Below, piece by piece: positions 41,283-55,521 of a stretch of DNA of 64,000 nucleotides. The stretch is from the human T2T-CHM13v2.0 reference genome, Homo sapiens: the NCBI RefSeq assembly GCF_009914755.1, contig NC_060933.1. One strand, 5' to 3'. The translations under genes were made by a program, and so were the position numbers. How positions within the stretch are numbered: the stretch's first letter is position 1; every line of letters starts with the position of its first letter. Below the pieces are notes generated by a model that had not been told where the DNA came from, ran no database searches, and worked only from the letters and a program-made list of their open reading frames with translations.

Positions 41283-43019
41283 GTGAGCAAGTGTAAAACA
41301 AGTCTTTCAAGGAGACTGTTTCTGAGTGGGGAAAGAAGATAGAGTAGCAGATAAAACAGCAATGGGCTCAATGGAGTGATTTATTTTCAAAGACAAGGAA
41401 GATTTAGGTGCATTTTATGGGAGAGAAAAAAATAATCAAAAGCAGTGAGCTTTCTGAGGAAGGGTCACAAGAGGCAGGGAGGAGCAGAAGATATCCTGAA
41501 CAGAGGTGGAAATAATACCTTCAGAGGAGAGAGAAGGAGAAATAGGAAGCATGAGTGTACAGATTGCTATAGGCTTGGTGGCAAGAAACTTAAGTTCACT
41601 TCTTGCGGCTTCTCTGTTATAGGAGAGAAAATCATCTGCTATAAAAGAGGGGCAGGTGATAAGATTGGATGTTTTAGGAGAATGAAGGCTATGGGTGTAT
41701 GGGAGTCTGTATTAACTATGGACACAGGGAGGATGATCTAATAATGTGTAGGTCCCACTTGACAATGGAATCCAGGGATGTCCTGTAGCACTAACCTAGG
41801 TAGTTTTATTATTTTCACAGGCAATACAAGGCATCTCTGGAGGAATAAAAAGAATATATCCATTTGGATTAATTGAGAGGTTCACTTACATACACCTGGG
41901 AGATGCTCCTAGTGTTTAAACCTGTAAAATATTGCAATTGTTTAAAGAATTCAAAACTGCATTCCAATGCACACTCTGCCTGGGAACAAAAGCACTCTCT
42001 TACCAGGTTATATCAAAAGATTAAAGGGACATAAAGCTCATAGTCATTATGTTTCCTAAAGGCAGGAACTATGGAAAAACATTTGACGTAAGTTGAACCT
42101 ATGATCAAAAGTGAATTGTGGGTGCCTTTAAACCAATTTACCTCCACTAAGAAAATGCAACAACATAGTCCTACTCACAATAGTAGATACTTTTAGAAAG
42201 TAGGAATCTAAAAAAAAGAAAGCATTTTTAAATAAGATTAACAAACTTGTCTCATTCTACATATTATTAGGTTTGCTGCAATATATTGAAAGAAACCTCA
42301 AGCACACCATAAAAAACTCTTGCAGCAGATTCTGTAGGTGACGCATCTATATCCACACAGCCCCACCACTTCAGTGGATACCAGTCTTCCAACTCCCCAA
42401 TACCAGCTCCTGAATTCCTCCTGAATTTCTTTTCCAGAAGAGCTTTCTCCAGATGCTGAAGCCCTCTTTGCTACATGCTCAGGAGGCAAGAAGTGATACC
42501 AACCTCCAGCATCCTTCAAACAATGACTGATGTGGGTTGGTGTTCAAACATCCCACAAACTCCATTCACTTTCTTTCCTTCATGTCTTCCCTCTTCTCTA
42601 CCAGCACTTCTTGCACTTTCTGAGTAAGCTATTTGGACTTTATCTAGAGGTTTGCTTTTGAAGGAAGACAGTTATGCTTTACAAGACAACTTAAAATATT
42701 GCTTAGCTAAACACAAAGCAAAACAAGCAAACAAACAACAACAATCTTCTAAGGCTAATAAAATGCTAAAAATTATACAATCATCTTTGGCCGTTTTGCC
42801 AATGTAGTATTCTGGGAGTCATGTGGGATGTCCAGGTAAGTCATGCTAAAGAAGCAACACAAGAATGGTCTAGATCGCTGCCTAAGATCTCTGCCACACT
42901 GTAGAGTGGAACGAACTACAAGGAGCAAGCGAGAAACCAGGAAACAGGGCATCACTGTGGTTTCTTCCTAAGGTTCATTTTTCTGCACTGAAATAAAAAC
43001 AGCCCAAACAGCTCTAATG

Positions 43020-43175
43020 TTGATGGGCTTCAGGGGTTGCACATGCCCCTAGAATTATATGCAAAAATTGTGGGCTAGTAAATGTGTACATTTTAATGGG
43101 ACTAACATTCGCAGTTTCTACAAAACATCTAGATTGTCTTGTGGCATAAAAAAAAAAAGAAAAAATATATGAACT
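43020..43175 (+). mobile_element. MER103-like hAT fragment
   Basis: 'gggcttcaggggttgcacatgcccctagaattatatgcaaaa...tgtgtacatttt'. Confidence 0.5.
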
Positions 43176-43753
43176 TATGATCCCATGAGCTAGGAGTTGG
43201 AGGAGATGCTTTTATCACGGATCAAAATGGTAAAAATGTTTAATATGTCCTTCTGTTCCTAGAGTTGCAGAAATAAAATACCATTCTATGTTAATGGCAG
43301 TCACAGCTATGGCCCCCAGAAAGGTGTTCTTAAGAAAATAGACACATGCCAGAAATATGAATAATGCACTAAAATGTTAATGTAGATCATTAAACCATTT
43401 TCTGCAGAGTGAAAGCTTCCTTCTGGCATCCCCTCTTAAATCACAGAAGCATAAATCATGGAGTCGAAAGAGCCCTTGGAAACTGTCCACTTGCCCCACA
43501 CACACCCTCATTTCACCATCATTTAGACAGAAGCTCACCTTCACTATCTCTTCCACCCCTCCCATTCCCCCTACAAAGACTTCAAAGAATCAAGAAGTCA
43601 TTGCCTTCTGTTTTTGCTTGTTTATTTCTTAAAAATCTAATTAATAGAAATCTCTTTCTTTTTTTAACATTTTTACCTTCATTTTTAATATAATTTGTTT
43701 CCTTGTGGATTTACATCATTTAATTTTTTGCAATTTTAAAAAATTGTATTCTT

Positions 43754-43900
<147 letters not shown>

Positions 43901-44219
43901 TAATTGATAAATAATCATTGTATTATTTATGGAGTACAATGTGTGGGCTACATGTGTTTACATTGTGAAATGATTAAGCTAAAATATGCCTTTCTTTTTT
44001 TTTAGTGGTTCTGCTCTCTAGAACAATAGAAAATACATTGAAACTCACTTATTTAAGACTGTTAATTCTGATTCTTAAGTGTTACTTTCATGGTCTTCTT
44101 TCTTCCAAGATAAATACCCCAATTCCCTCAACCAAAGTTTCCATGGCACAGTTCCTAGGTTCATTGTGCCCCCTTCCTCCATAGGCTTTCATCTATCATT
44201 TTTAGGCAATATCAACAGA

Positions 44220-45085
44220 TATCCAAAAGATAGGCAATGACAAATGCTGGTGAGGATGTGGAGAAAAGAAAACACCTGTACACTGTTGGTGGGAATGTAA
44301 ATTAGTACAACTGCTATGAAAAACAGTTTTCAGCTTCCTCAAAAACTTAAAAATGGAGCTACCATATGATCCAGCAATCCCACTGCTGAGCATATACCTA
44401 AAAGAAAGAAAATCGGCATATCAAATAGATATCTACATTCCCATGTTTGTTGCAGCACTGCTCACGATAGCTAAGATTTGGAAGCAACCTCAATGTCCAT
44501 CATCAGATGAATGGATAAAGAAAATGTGGTACATATACACAATGGAGTACTATTCAGCCATAAAAAAGAATGAGATCCTATCATTTGTAACATGGATGGA
44601 ACTGGAGGTCATTATGTTAAGTTAAATAATCCAGGCACAGAAAGACAAACATTACATGTTCTCACTTATTTGTGGGATCTAAAAATCAAAACAATTGAAC
44701 TCATGGACATAGAGAGTAGAAGGATGGTTACCTTCTACTACCTTCCCGGAATCTGGTTACTTCCGGGTAGTGGGGGTCTTGGGAGAGAGAAGATGGGGAT
44801 GGTTAATGGATACAAAAAGATAGTCAGAAAGAATGAATAAGATCTGCTGTTTGATAGCACAAGAGGGGACTATAGTCAATAATAACTAAATTGTACATTT
44901 TAAAATAACTGAAAAGTGTAACTGGATTGTTTGTAACACAAAGGATAAATACTTGAGAGGATAGGTACCCCATTCTCTATGATGTGATTATTTCACATTG
45001 CATGCTTGTATCAAAACATCTCATGTATCCCATAAATGTATGTACCTACTATGTACCCACAGAAATTTCAAATTAAATTTTTTTG
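44220..45085 (+). mobile_element. L1MA (L1MA2/3-like) 3' end
   Basis: ORF 44353-44625 [11 protein letters not shown]...WIKKMWYIYTMEYYSAIKKNE is the L1 ORF2 C-terminus; 3'UTR 'aacaattgaactcatggacatagagagtagaaggatggttacc'; TSD remnants atcaacagata / attgacagata. Confidence 0.95.
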
Positions 45086-45561
45086 AAAAGATTGACAGAT
45101 AAGCTGGAGTATAATATGACATTTATACTATGGATTCATTCACTGTACATCTAAGTAACACAGAAGAAGTCACCCGATTGCAAAGTGTACGGCAAACTGT
45201 TCTCGATCACAGGTTCTATCACCTAAGCCATGTTAGCTATAAACTCAATGTAATCAACTAGCTTGTGCTTTCTCCTCAATAAGATTTTGTAAGACTTAGA
45301 GAAACATGCACAATATGTTTAAGGAAGCAAATTTTGATTCATCAAGGAAGGTGAGAAGTCTGCTCTCTTGTAAGTTAACAAACTGACTCGTATATTATCT
45401 GGCAACTAAATACGACACGGAGCCAGATCACTTCAGGGTGCTAGACTTTGGTTTGTTGCTATATCCTAGTTAGAGGGAATCATCACAAAAATGTGAATGA
45501 GGCTGGTGGCCTGAACTGCATTAACAGGTTTCTACCGCATTCCTGAAATACAAAAGCATGG

Positions 45562-45918
45562 TGATATGGTTTAGCTGTGTCCCCACCCAAATCTCATCTT
45601 GAATTGTAGTTCCCATAATCCCCACATGTCCTGGGAGGGACCAGATGGAGACAATTGAATCATGGAGGTGGTTTCCCCCATACTGTTCTCGTGGTGGAAA
45701 ATACATCCCACAAGATCTGATAGTTTTATAAGGGGAAACCCCTTTCGCTTGGCTCTCGTTCTGTCGTCTGCTGCCATGTAAGACATGCTTTTCACCTTCC
45801 ACCATGACTGTGAGGCCTCCCCAGCCACGTGGAACTGTGAGTCCATTAAACCTATTTTTCTTTATAAATTACCTAGTCTCAGGTATGTCTTTATCAGCAG
45901 CAAAGAAACAGACTCACA
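45562..45918 (+). mobile_element. THE1 (THE1B/C-like) solo LTR
   Basis: 'tgatatggtttagctgtgtccccacccaaatctcatcttgaattgtagttccc...gtgagtccattaaacct'; 5-bp TSD catgg / cacgg. Confidence 0.95.
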
Positions 45919-46481
45919 CACGGTATTGTAACTCTATTTGTCTGCCAAAAAGAAGTCAGAGCAAAAGGCAAAGTACTATGTTAAATTCTCATGAAACTTC
46001 TACTTAGCCTAATTAATGTGAGAAACCGGTCCGTCTCATTTGTTCAGATTCCTTTATGGGGGTTGGAGATGGGCCATTCATGGGAGATAGAGCCATGATA
46101 GAAGCCCTGAGGCCACTGAATGTCCACATGAAGGGAAGTCAGAAGATCAAGAGGAGATTCTTTTGTTTGTTTGGTGTTTTTTGTTTGTTTGTTTTTTTTA
46201 AGCAAAGAGAACTCTATAGAGTAGGACAATAGTCATACATTCACTGTAGAAAGGGTAAAGAAATGCACTTCAGGTGGATGCAGAACAAGTCAGCATAGAA
46301 TGGGAATCAAGATTTCAAAGGCAGAGAAAGCATCAGAGCTCTGCTTCAATATGCATTTCTGGTTATAAAATTGTGGGTTGATTTAATAGTTGAAAAAATC
46401 CTCTGCATTGTCTTGTTACATGAAACTTAACCAACACCAAATCTTCACCGCACTCCAACAACTCACAAAAATAAAACACTT

Positions 46482-46690
46482 GCAGAGGTTCTTAATCTGA
46501 GACAGAATGCAGAGGGGCCAAATTCTTAGATGGGGAAGAATTTTCATTTTTATTTTTACTAACCTCTAACATGTATCATTTTCTTCAATTATCCCTGTGA
46601 CAAGCAATAAATCACAGTTGTGTTAGGGGATCCCTGCACTTCACCAAGCTGCCACACAAGTCTATGACACACCAAAGGTTAAGCACAGCA
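46482..46690 (+). mobile_element. hAT-Charlie fragment
   Basis: TIR-like 'cagaggttcttaa' and 'aaggttaag'; internal 'ttactaacctctaac...ttcttcaattat'. Confidence 0.45.
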
Positions 46691-48125
46691 CATACGGTAA
46701 ATTTCGGTGAGAAACCATGCCCCAGACCTTAGGCTAGATGCAGGTTTTAAAACAAATTACTATAGCACAGCTTTAAAAAGAGGAACTACAGAATTACTAA
46801 TAATTCCAGCCAATGTTTAGTGGAGATATTTCTTCTGACATTCTAACCAAGTGATAATCATATTTAAGTGTTATTAAAGAATTAAATAATACCATAAAAG
46901 TATATAGCCCTGGAACTTGCTCTATCATCTGGCATCTAGCTACTTGACTGCTATAATCTAATTGTAAACAAAAACAAAACTGAATACAAAATTTCCCTAA
47001 AGTCTTTAAATATAAGGTTTTGTAAACCTTCTTCTGAGGAGTAAGCCTTAATACTTTCGAGTCTCTTTACTAAATACCTCAGTCACCATTCCTTTAATAA
47101 TAGCATAAAGCATCATTTGTCCAGCTTTCCGAAATGAATGCTCTTTGTTGCTAGAGTTATATCTTGGGTTCCTCAGGGAGCGTGAAGCCTGGGCCACTTT
47201 ACCTACAAGTTATTCTGAAAACCGTCTATTCTGAAAACCAAGTAATGGGGATCCCTAACCTATTTTAAGTATCTCAGAAAGAGCTAGTGTGTGTCTTCTA
47301 TTTTCCCCTGAAAAGTTAGTAAAGTGTCAGAGTCCTTTGCTTTTGGCTGGAATTACATCAACTCCTTCATCAAATAATCACTTTAGCAGTTATGTTATGG
47401 CTGTATTTTTTTAATGATAAAATATATTAGTTAACAGTCAACATATGCAGATTTTTGTGAGGTTCATGAAAAATTTGAGTGATTAAATGGTTGAAAAGCA
47501 GCAGCCTATATAGAATTTCAGGAGTGCCAAGTAACACTAACACAATTTCACCTTCAAATTGCTACATTTTAACTAAAATTTAGCCATAGAAAAAAAAAAA
47601 AGAAAATGTGGAAGGGGCGATGCATTTTTTTTAGGAAGAGGCAATACATTTTTTTACGAAAACAATGTCTGGATCAGAAATCTGAGAGCAGTTAGTGGGA
47701 TAGAGGCAAGACAGAGCAGGGTTCTGGAAGGATCCTGGGACACTGGAGTGTGGATCAAGGTAGGAAGGAGAGAAGATACAGAGCAGAAATGTCAGGAGAG
47801 CAAAAGCCAGCTTTGATCACATGACAATGCTGCAGGGGGCCAATCCTGCATGTGGGGGTTAAAGCAATCATCTCGCTCCTGGTTGAGCAAGCAGGTTTCC
47901 TTTGCAGATGTATCATGTTAGTTTGCATAAATTACTTCAGCCTGATTACATAGTAACACCTTGGCCCCACAGCTGTCTTTGCTGCTGCTAGAAGCTGTTA
48001 TGGATTATGCTGTCTTTTGACCAGGCAATAATAGAGCTCTCCTCAGCAACCCACAAGTGATTAATGAAATGAGAAGATAAAATGCCCCACCTGCTCCAGC
48101 CGCCTGAAAATGGAATTAATGAGAC

Positions 48126-48221
<96 letters not shown>

Positions 48222-48227
48222 AGAGAA

Positions 48228-48259
<32 letters not shown>

Positions 48260-48262
48260 GAG
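48126..48262. repeat. 137-bp pure polypurine tract, (GA)n then (GAGAAA)n
   Basis: Direct reading. Confidence 0.97.
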
Positions 48263-49044
48263 TCCTGAAGCAGCTTTGGTATACTGTACCAGGTAGATTT
48301 GGCTTGGCTTCTAATGATCCTGTTTGTGAATGAGTTAGTGCCTTCTGAATTAGCGCACTAGCAGCAGCCAATTTACAAGAAGTTATATACTCCTCAGATA
48401 ATTACCATGTACACCAAGAAATTTTTACCTGACTGTAGGACTGTATTCTTACAGGGGGGAAGGAAATCTTATCCTCATTACTCCACATTTAAGCAAAATA
48501 AATTGACTATAAAAATTAAAAAGAAGCATCACAGCTGTGAGAGTGCATTGAAGGGGGATTCTCTTGATGCAGATCATAGCCAAGGTATGTATCCTGGGCT
48601 ACAGACATTCAAATTTAGGTTTTGTGACATTTCCAAAAAATGAAGCCAATGAACACCACTGGAGTCTGCTTACTGGTTCTGTGTCAATGGAGAAGTGCAG
48701 TCCAAAGAGGAAGAGTTTGTTTGTATTACATGGATAATAAGCATTTTCCTGAAAATGGTGATGCATAATTTATTGTGCAGCAGGTGATGGATAGGGGGAA
48801 GTTTGCTTTTTCCACATTACTTCTAACTCTGAGAGTTAAAAACACCTCTCCAATACAATGGCTCTATCTCAAGAACAAGTTACGAATATTCAGTTATGGC
48901 ATTATATGATTATGTTTAGTAGTGGGCAAAATCACTGCCATAAAACTTCTGTCTACTTTTTCTCTCACCTGTGTTGTGGGAGGGGCACACTCACCACTGC
49001 CACTACTGTGGCCAGCTGGGGTACAATAAAGATAAGGATAACAC

Positions 49045-49466
49045 TAACAGTTGACTGGATGAAAAAATATATAGTATATATACACCATGGAATACTATGC
49101 AGCTGTAAAAAAGAATGAAATCATATCCTTGGCAGCAACATGGATGAAGCTAAGACCATTATCCTAGTGAAATAACTCAGAAACAGAAAATCAAATGCCA
49201 CATGCTCTTACTTATAAGTGGGAACTAAGCAATAGGTACACATGGACATAAAGATGGAAATAATAGACACCAGGAGTTTCAAAAGCAGGGAGGGCAAAGG
49301 AAGAGCAAGGGTTGCAAAATTACCTGTGGGGTACAGTGTTCACTATTTGGGTAATGAGTACACTAGGAGCCAGATCCCCACCAGTACGTAATATACCCAT
49401 GTAGTAAACAAGCACATGTACCTACAAATCTAAAACTTAAAAATAAATACATAAGTAAATAAATTA
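49045..49466 (+). mobile_element. 5'-truncated L1 (L1PB3/L1PA16-like) 3' end
   Basis: 'caccatggaatactatgcagc', 'cttataagtgggaactaa', 'gtgttcactatttgggtaatgagtacactag', A-rich tail. Confidence 0.92.
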
Positions 49467-49614
49467 AAAGATAAAAGGAGAGCTTTTTCATGTGACTTCA
49501 GCCTAAGTTAGATGCTCTAGGCCAGCTCTGACACATGTCTGCTTTGAGATATTAAGAAGTACTCTGGATTATTTTTTAAATGAATCTGACCTGTTCCACA
49601 TTTTATTTATTTGC

Positions 49615-49737
49615 TTACTAGAATGTAAGCTCGATAACAAAGCATTTCTGTCTCTTTTGTTCACTGCAATATCCCTAGCACTTTAGGACAGTGCCTGGCA
49701 TGCTTGTTGATACTTGATGAAAAATTTTGAATGAATT
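49615..49737 (+). mobile_element. L2 3' end
   Basis: 'ctagaatgtaagctc...ttttgttcactgc...acagtgcctggca...tgaatgaat'. Confidence 0.85.
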
Positions 49738-50655
49738 ATACTTTGATTTCTATTCACATTATACCTTAGATGTACAGTTGCCTTAAAAACATCACAGAAA
49801 ACAGGCAGAAGTCCAGAAGAGGATTTAGATATATCTGGGTTACCTGACTTGCAATTACCTTGAGAAAACTAAAATCTAAATTTCTCCACTAATATTTATG
49901 TTTTGCCAAAATTGGTAAGATCGAAAATCAGTGATATGTTATGATGTTTAAGGGATACGGGAAATATGTAATATGAACTAAATGTGAACATTTTATTTTT
50001 GGTTCAATGTACTTTGACTCAGCCAATAAACACTTAATAATACCTTAAATGGTGTGTCACAATCCAAGCTAAGATAGAGTATAAATACCTCCTTCCAGCC
50101 TAGTACCTTTTGGCAGAAATTCCACAAAGACCTTTCCCCTAACTGACTCCTATAAACTTAATACGGTCAGCTCATTTTCATGATTTTTAAGGGATATGTA
50201 GGATTTATGGGGACTAAAACACAAGTTTCCATTATAAAAGAGAAAATGGATGGATCTTCAACTGTGTTTTATTCCTAATGAGAATTCTATCCTTTACCAA
50301 AACTACTCAGGGGAAAAAATTCTTTCCTTTTATAAAATGTCACTTGTTTAAGTTGTAAACCAAATTCTTTTTATTGTAATCTAAAAATAAAATATTCAAC
50401 ACCATCAATTAGCAATTCTTTGTGGCCGTGTGTGTTGTGTTGTGTTTTAGAATGCATTGCCTTTGAAATGAGAAAATGGTCCTTCTAGTGATGTTTCTAT
50501 TTGTCTGCTTAATTAAGCCAATTATAAACTAATTGTGCAATACAAAACACTTATATTTTAATTAGTTTCTCAGACAAGGAGGAGTCAATATTGCCCAATT
50601 TCACCAACAAAAAAGTCTAAAAATGTAGTCCAAGTTTCTATTTAAACATCTTCTA

Positions 50656-50976
<321 letters not shown>

Positions 50977-52839
50977 TTACTTTTTCTTTCTAGTACTAGT
51001 TCATAATATTTCTGAGATATGACACACTTCCCTAGGTATTCTACATTTTTGTTGTTGAATCAATGTAAAGTATTTCTTTCTTTCCGCTTTCCTTGTTCCT
51101 TCATGTATTTACCAATATTCAATCATACTTTAGCTTGATTTAGCCAAACTTTTGTATTGAAGGATTATATAAGATTTAGCATACAAAATTCACTGCTGGG
51201 TGTATTGTAGAGAAGGTATTGCAGGTATATCTCTCTCTATTATAGAATGTCTTCTCTGTGTAAGAACCCATAGCAGACACTGTTCGAGGTCCCAAAGACA
51301 GTTATACTTCCTTGAAGCAACTCACTTTAATATTTAGAACTAGGTGTCTTTTAATACCAATAACATCATTGCCCTGAATGCTGAGGAACTTAGAACTAAA
51401 TTTTGGCTACATGAGTACAGGATCGTATAGTCTGCATTTAGTATTGACCCTAACTTTGTCTTCCACACAGTACTGTGGAGAAAAAGGAGAGTCAAAATTA
51501 TAACTAGAATGAAAAATGCTGTTTAAAATAAGATAGTTCTCTAATCATTCCTAGTTGGTTATAATTTAGTAATTATAAAAGTCTCACCAACCAGAGCAAA
51601 ATACAATGATCCTCAATGCCTGGTGTTCATAATAAACTTTAATTAGGAAAATAGAAATATATGAAAAAATGAGAACTAGATAAAATGTATTTTGATCATT
51701 TGAAAAACAGGACTAGTGATTGTCCAATTTTCTTATTGCTGTTATCTCCTATTTCCTATGACTTGGTACCTTTTAAAGTCTTCAGGCTCTCATTTTGCAA
51801 AAGCTCTCAAGAGAAAACACAAAAGCTATGATGTTCAATAGCTTTGGTTTGGTTTAATGAACCAAAGACAAGATTCAATAAATAATAGAGCTCAATGGGC
51901 CGAATTGTGTCTATACCTCCAGAGTCACTTCTCCATCCATTCTCTGCTCATTCTTTCTTCCTGTAACACCACTGAGTTTTCCAAAATTTGACCCTTTTCC
52001 ATCATCCAAACTGCCATTGGATTGGAAGACTGGTTTTCACCACCCTAAAACTGACTACAAAGTATGAATCAGTCTTCCAAATGTTTCACCCTTTCCTCAC
52101 AGCCCACAAAAGCAAGCACGCAGGCGAGCCCTTTTGTTTAAGCAATATAGTGTAGATACACAGACCCAGATAAAGTTACACAAATTATAATCATGGAGAG
52201 ATCTTGCACAAGTTTTGTTTTTCATCTTTTATTTTCTATTTCTTTCTTTTTTAAATAGTACTGTGAAAACTGCACCATTAAAAAATAAAACTTGGGCAAA
52301 ATACTAAAAGTTAAATCTTCTTAAATTGGTAGTTGACTCTACCAACAAGCTCTTGACTGTAATTAGCAAAAGTGTGCCAGGGAGAGTTGACTCTCTATGG
52401 TTGCCTGTCAATGGCCTTACTGCTCTTATTCCCATAAGATTAAATAAGGAGCTTTAATCAACTAAAGCAAGGGGAAGTTTTCATAAAGTCCTTCTCTCCT
52501 CATGTTAACAGAGGAACAGTACCCAACTTCTGCCCACCCCTAAGAGTTGTCAGGCCAAAGAAAATAATATACTTTTTTACTTTTCAGGGATCCTTTCTTC
52601 TATTCAATTTCTACTGCATGAGAAAGAGAAGAAAATTCAAAATGGAATTTATCTTGGTTTCTCCTCAAGGCTTTGAACAATATCAAAAGTTCTAGCCTGC
52701 TGTTACACAATAAAGTGATGCAAAGCCCAGCATCCTGGATTAACAAATAAACCACAGACAAAACCAAGGCATTTTAAAAGAAACTAGGAATCCTGGTAGA
52801 TATCTGCCAACAGCTTTATGATGGTGTTCTCTTGGGAGC

Positions 52840-53167
52840 TGTCTTAATCCACTTCTTGCTGCTAATAAAAGAATACTTGAGATCAGATAATTTATAAAGA
52901 AAAGAAATCTATTTGGCGCATAGGTCTGGAAGTTAGGAAGTCCAGGATCAAAGGGCTTCATCTAGTGAGGGTATCCTTGCTCTGTCATCTCATGGCAGAA
53001 ATTAAGATGTCAATAGAACATGAGAGAGCAGGAGATTGAAGTTCATTCATGAGGGTGGAGCCCTTATAACCTAATACTTCCCATTAGGTTTCACCTTCCA
53101 ATACCATTGCACTGGGGATTAGGTTTCCAACACATGCTTTCTTGAGAGACACATTCAAACCATAGCA
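52840..53167 (-). mobile_element. MST solo LTR (MSTB/C-like)
   Basis: 'tgtcttaatcc...aatttataaagaaaagaaat...cacattcaaaccatagca'; perfect 5-bp TSD ggagc at 52835-52839 and 53168-53172. Confidence 0.93.
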
Positions 53168-53419
53168 GGAGCTTTGGTCTGCAGTTATTTTCAGAGCCTC
53201 TTCAATATTTGGCTGACAAAGAGCTTCTTCTATGAGGACAGGCTCAGTATTGGTCACAGATGTTTAATGTCCAAATTAAAGTGGAAAATTCTTACTTCTC
53301 TGTATTTAATCCTTCAAACCAAACAATTCTCTATGTGGGCTTCTTGTTAGAGCTCAATAGATGAGAATCAAACAATCACACTCCTCTGTGGAGTTCTTCC
53401 TACAATTCCATTTAGATGT

Positions 53420-55300
53420 TATTTTTCATGCTTTCATTCCTTCAGCAAATACTATTGAGTATCTACTATGCATCAGGCAATGGACCTATTACTAAATGAA
53501 ATCAATAAAGTTCATGTTTTATAGAGCTTATAACTCAGAAAGTGATCCAAACAATCAATCGATAAATCCAAAATCATATATAGGTAATCACACATTGAAA
53601 TCAGTGCTAGGATGAAAGTTAAATACTGTAAGAGGAAAATGAGAGGACCTAAGTAAGACAATAAAGGTAAACATTTTTTGATCAGTTATGAAGGATGAGA
53701 AAATGCCAGAATATCCTGGAGGGAGGGAGCTCCAGGAAGAGAAGACAGGGCGAGAAAAGATCGTAAAGCAAGGAAGAAGTTGATATATTTGGAAAACCAA
53801 AAGGACTGCAAGGCTGCTTGAAAAGAGTACATGAGGAGACAAATAAGACTGGAGATGAAGTTAAAGATGTAGACCAAGGTTAGGTCATGCACTGCGCTGT
53901 AAAACGTTGGCCAGAGGATGGATTTTTAGTGTAACTGGAAGAAGATGGAGGCTTGCACAAGTTGGGCAGCCGTGAAGATAAAGAGAAATAATTTCCTATG
54001 AAATCCATAGGTCATACGGGTTAAATGAATGAGGAAGATTCATTGCATAGAGGACAAAAGAAAGAATAAATAAGGATGATTCTCAAATAATCTGGTTTTG
54101 ATAAGTGGATAGGACCATTTTCTAAGATGAGGAATGCACTGAATAAAAAATAGATTTGAAAAAGAAAACCACAGGCTAAACTTTAGAGGTTTGGGGTTTG
54201 AGGTGCCTGAGAGATATTTAAGTGTTGTTGTGATGAATTTAGCCATGTATTCAAGACTGAAGCTCAGAGGCATTCTTTTAGCAGGAGATGGGGATTTTAG
54301 AGTCATCAAGAATTCTGGCAATTAATGAAAACTTTTAGGGAGATTATAGAGAAAGAGAACATCTCCCTAAAATATGGGCCTGAAGACTGTCAACAAGTAG
54401 AAGTACTTTTTCCAAAAGGAGCTATATTAAGAAACAACAAGAAAATAAGAGTAAATTTTCAGAAGAAAGTATCAGCTGTGCCAAGGAAAATGAGCAGGGA
54501 AGTGTCTGTCGATTTGATTTCCTTAAATGGAGTTTATTGGTTACTTGACATACGCAGTCTCAGTGGAGAGTTGGTGGAAGAAGCCAAACTGGGGCACAGG
54601 AAAGAATAATTGGGAAATGAGGAAGCAGAAGCAACCTCTGAAATGGAACAGAGAAATAAAGCAGCTAAAAGATAATGACAGAACATCGAGAGTTGTTTTG
54701 CTTTTTTTGTGATTTAAAATTCGTGATCATGTTTATCTGGTGACAGGAGTAGTGCAGAGGCAGAGATTGTCAGGGATGGTGTGAATTTTTTCTTGAAATA
54801 AAAACAGAAATCTTGAGGAAGTGAGAGATGTTGCATTCCAGAAGGCATTAGCCTTTAAGAGAATGAAGAACAGCGGCACAAGGATGGAAGGGAGGTCAGG
54901 TGCAGATGTGGATTCATATGAGACTCTCTCTTGGGAAGATGGTAGAGCTCAGAGCTGTTGGTTTCCTTTTTCCCAGTACTATTTAATGAATGTGAGGAAG
55001 CAAGCAGGGATTTTGAAATAACCATTGCACAGAGTAGAGGACAAACCTCGTAGAGAAGGGCTGGGTGATACAGAATACTCACTTGAGGCTAGTAATTTTA
55101 ACTTATTCTGATACAAGTCTGCTAGTTTACATGGTTTTCTCCAGTAATACTTACCTGCAAAGGGACCAGATATAGAAGAAATTAGCTGATTGAGGTTGAT
55201 CTAGGACTGAGGTTTGTCAGGGAAAATAGCGAAAGACTAGGAAGTGGAGAAAATTTGTAAGGAAGTGACTCTAACTATGAACCTTAGGATATAAGCTACA
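53420..55300 (-). mobile_element. Long L2 fragment
   Basis: Antisense L2 3' end 'tttcattccttcagcaaatactattgagtatctactatg', followed by a purine-rich L2 body ('tttgaggtgcctgagagatattt', 'gggattttagagtcatca'). Confidence 0.75.
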
Positions 55301-55521
55301 CAAAGAAGTGCAGGTCAGCAGAGGCTTTTACATAGAGGATCCATACAGTGGACAGTTTTATAAAGTCAATAAATTTTACCAGTGGTTTAATCACATGTCT
55401 CTATTTATAAAAAGTGATAGTACATCTTGTTAAGGAGAGGTTCATGCCTCTTATTTTTGTACCAAAGCTTGAGTATGAATACAAAGGTGCTTATGGATGC
55501 TGAGTACCTTAAAAAGTGGAC

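Larger units (their letters stand above)
39700..41760 (-). mobile_element. L2 fragments, interrupted by MLT2D and MLT1D LTRs
   Basis: Antisense L2 3' end ('tttgttcaac...ctgtgctaggtgttggga') and body ('gactgaaaagtgtccattgggtttggcaac', 'aagtctttcaaggag'). Confidence 0.6.

Noticed and set aside
47988-48371. ER-repeat and SL-repeat ORFs
   Set aside because: Translation of the (GA)n microsatellite
55140-55165. Strong minus-strand donor CAG|gtaagt (also ~11085)
   Set aside because: No convincing paired acceptor found; isolated consensus donors are frequent by chance
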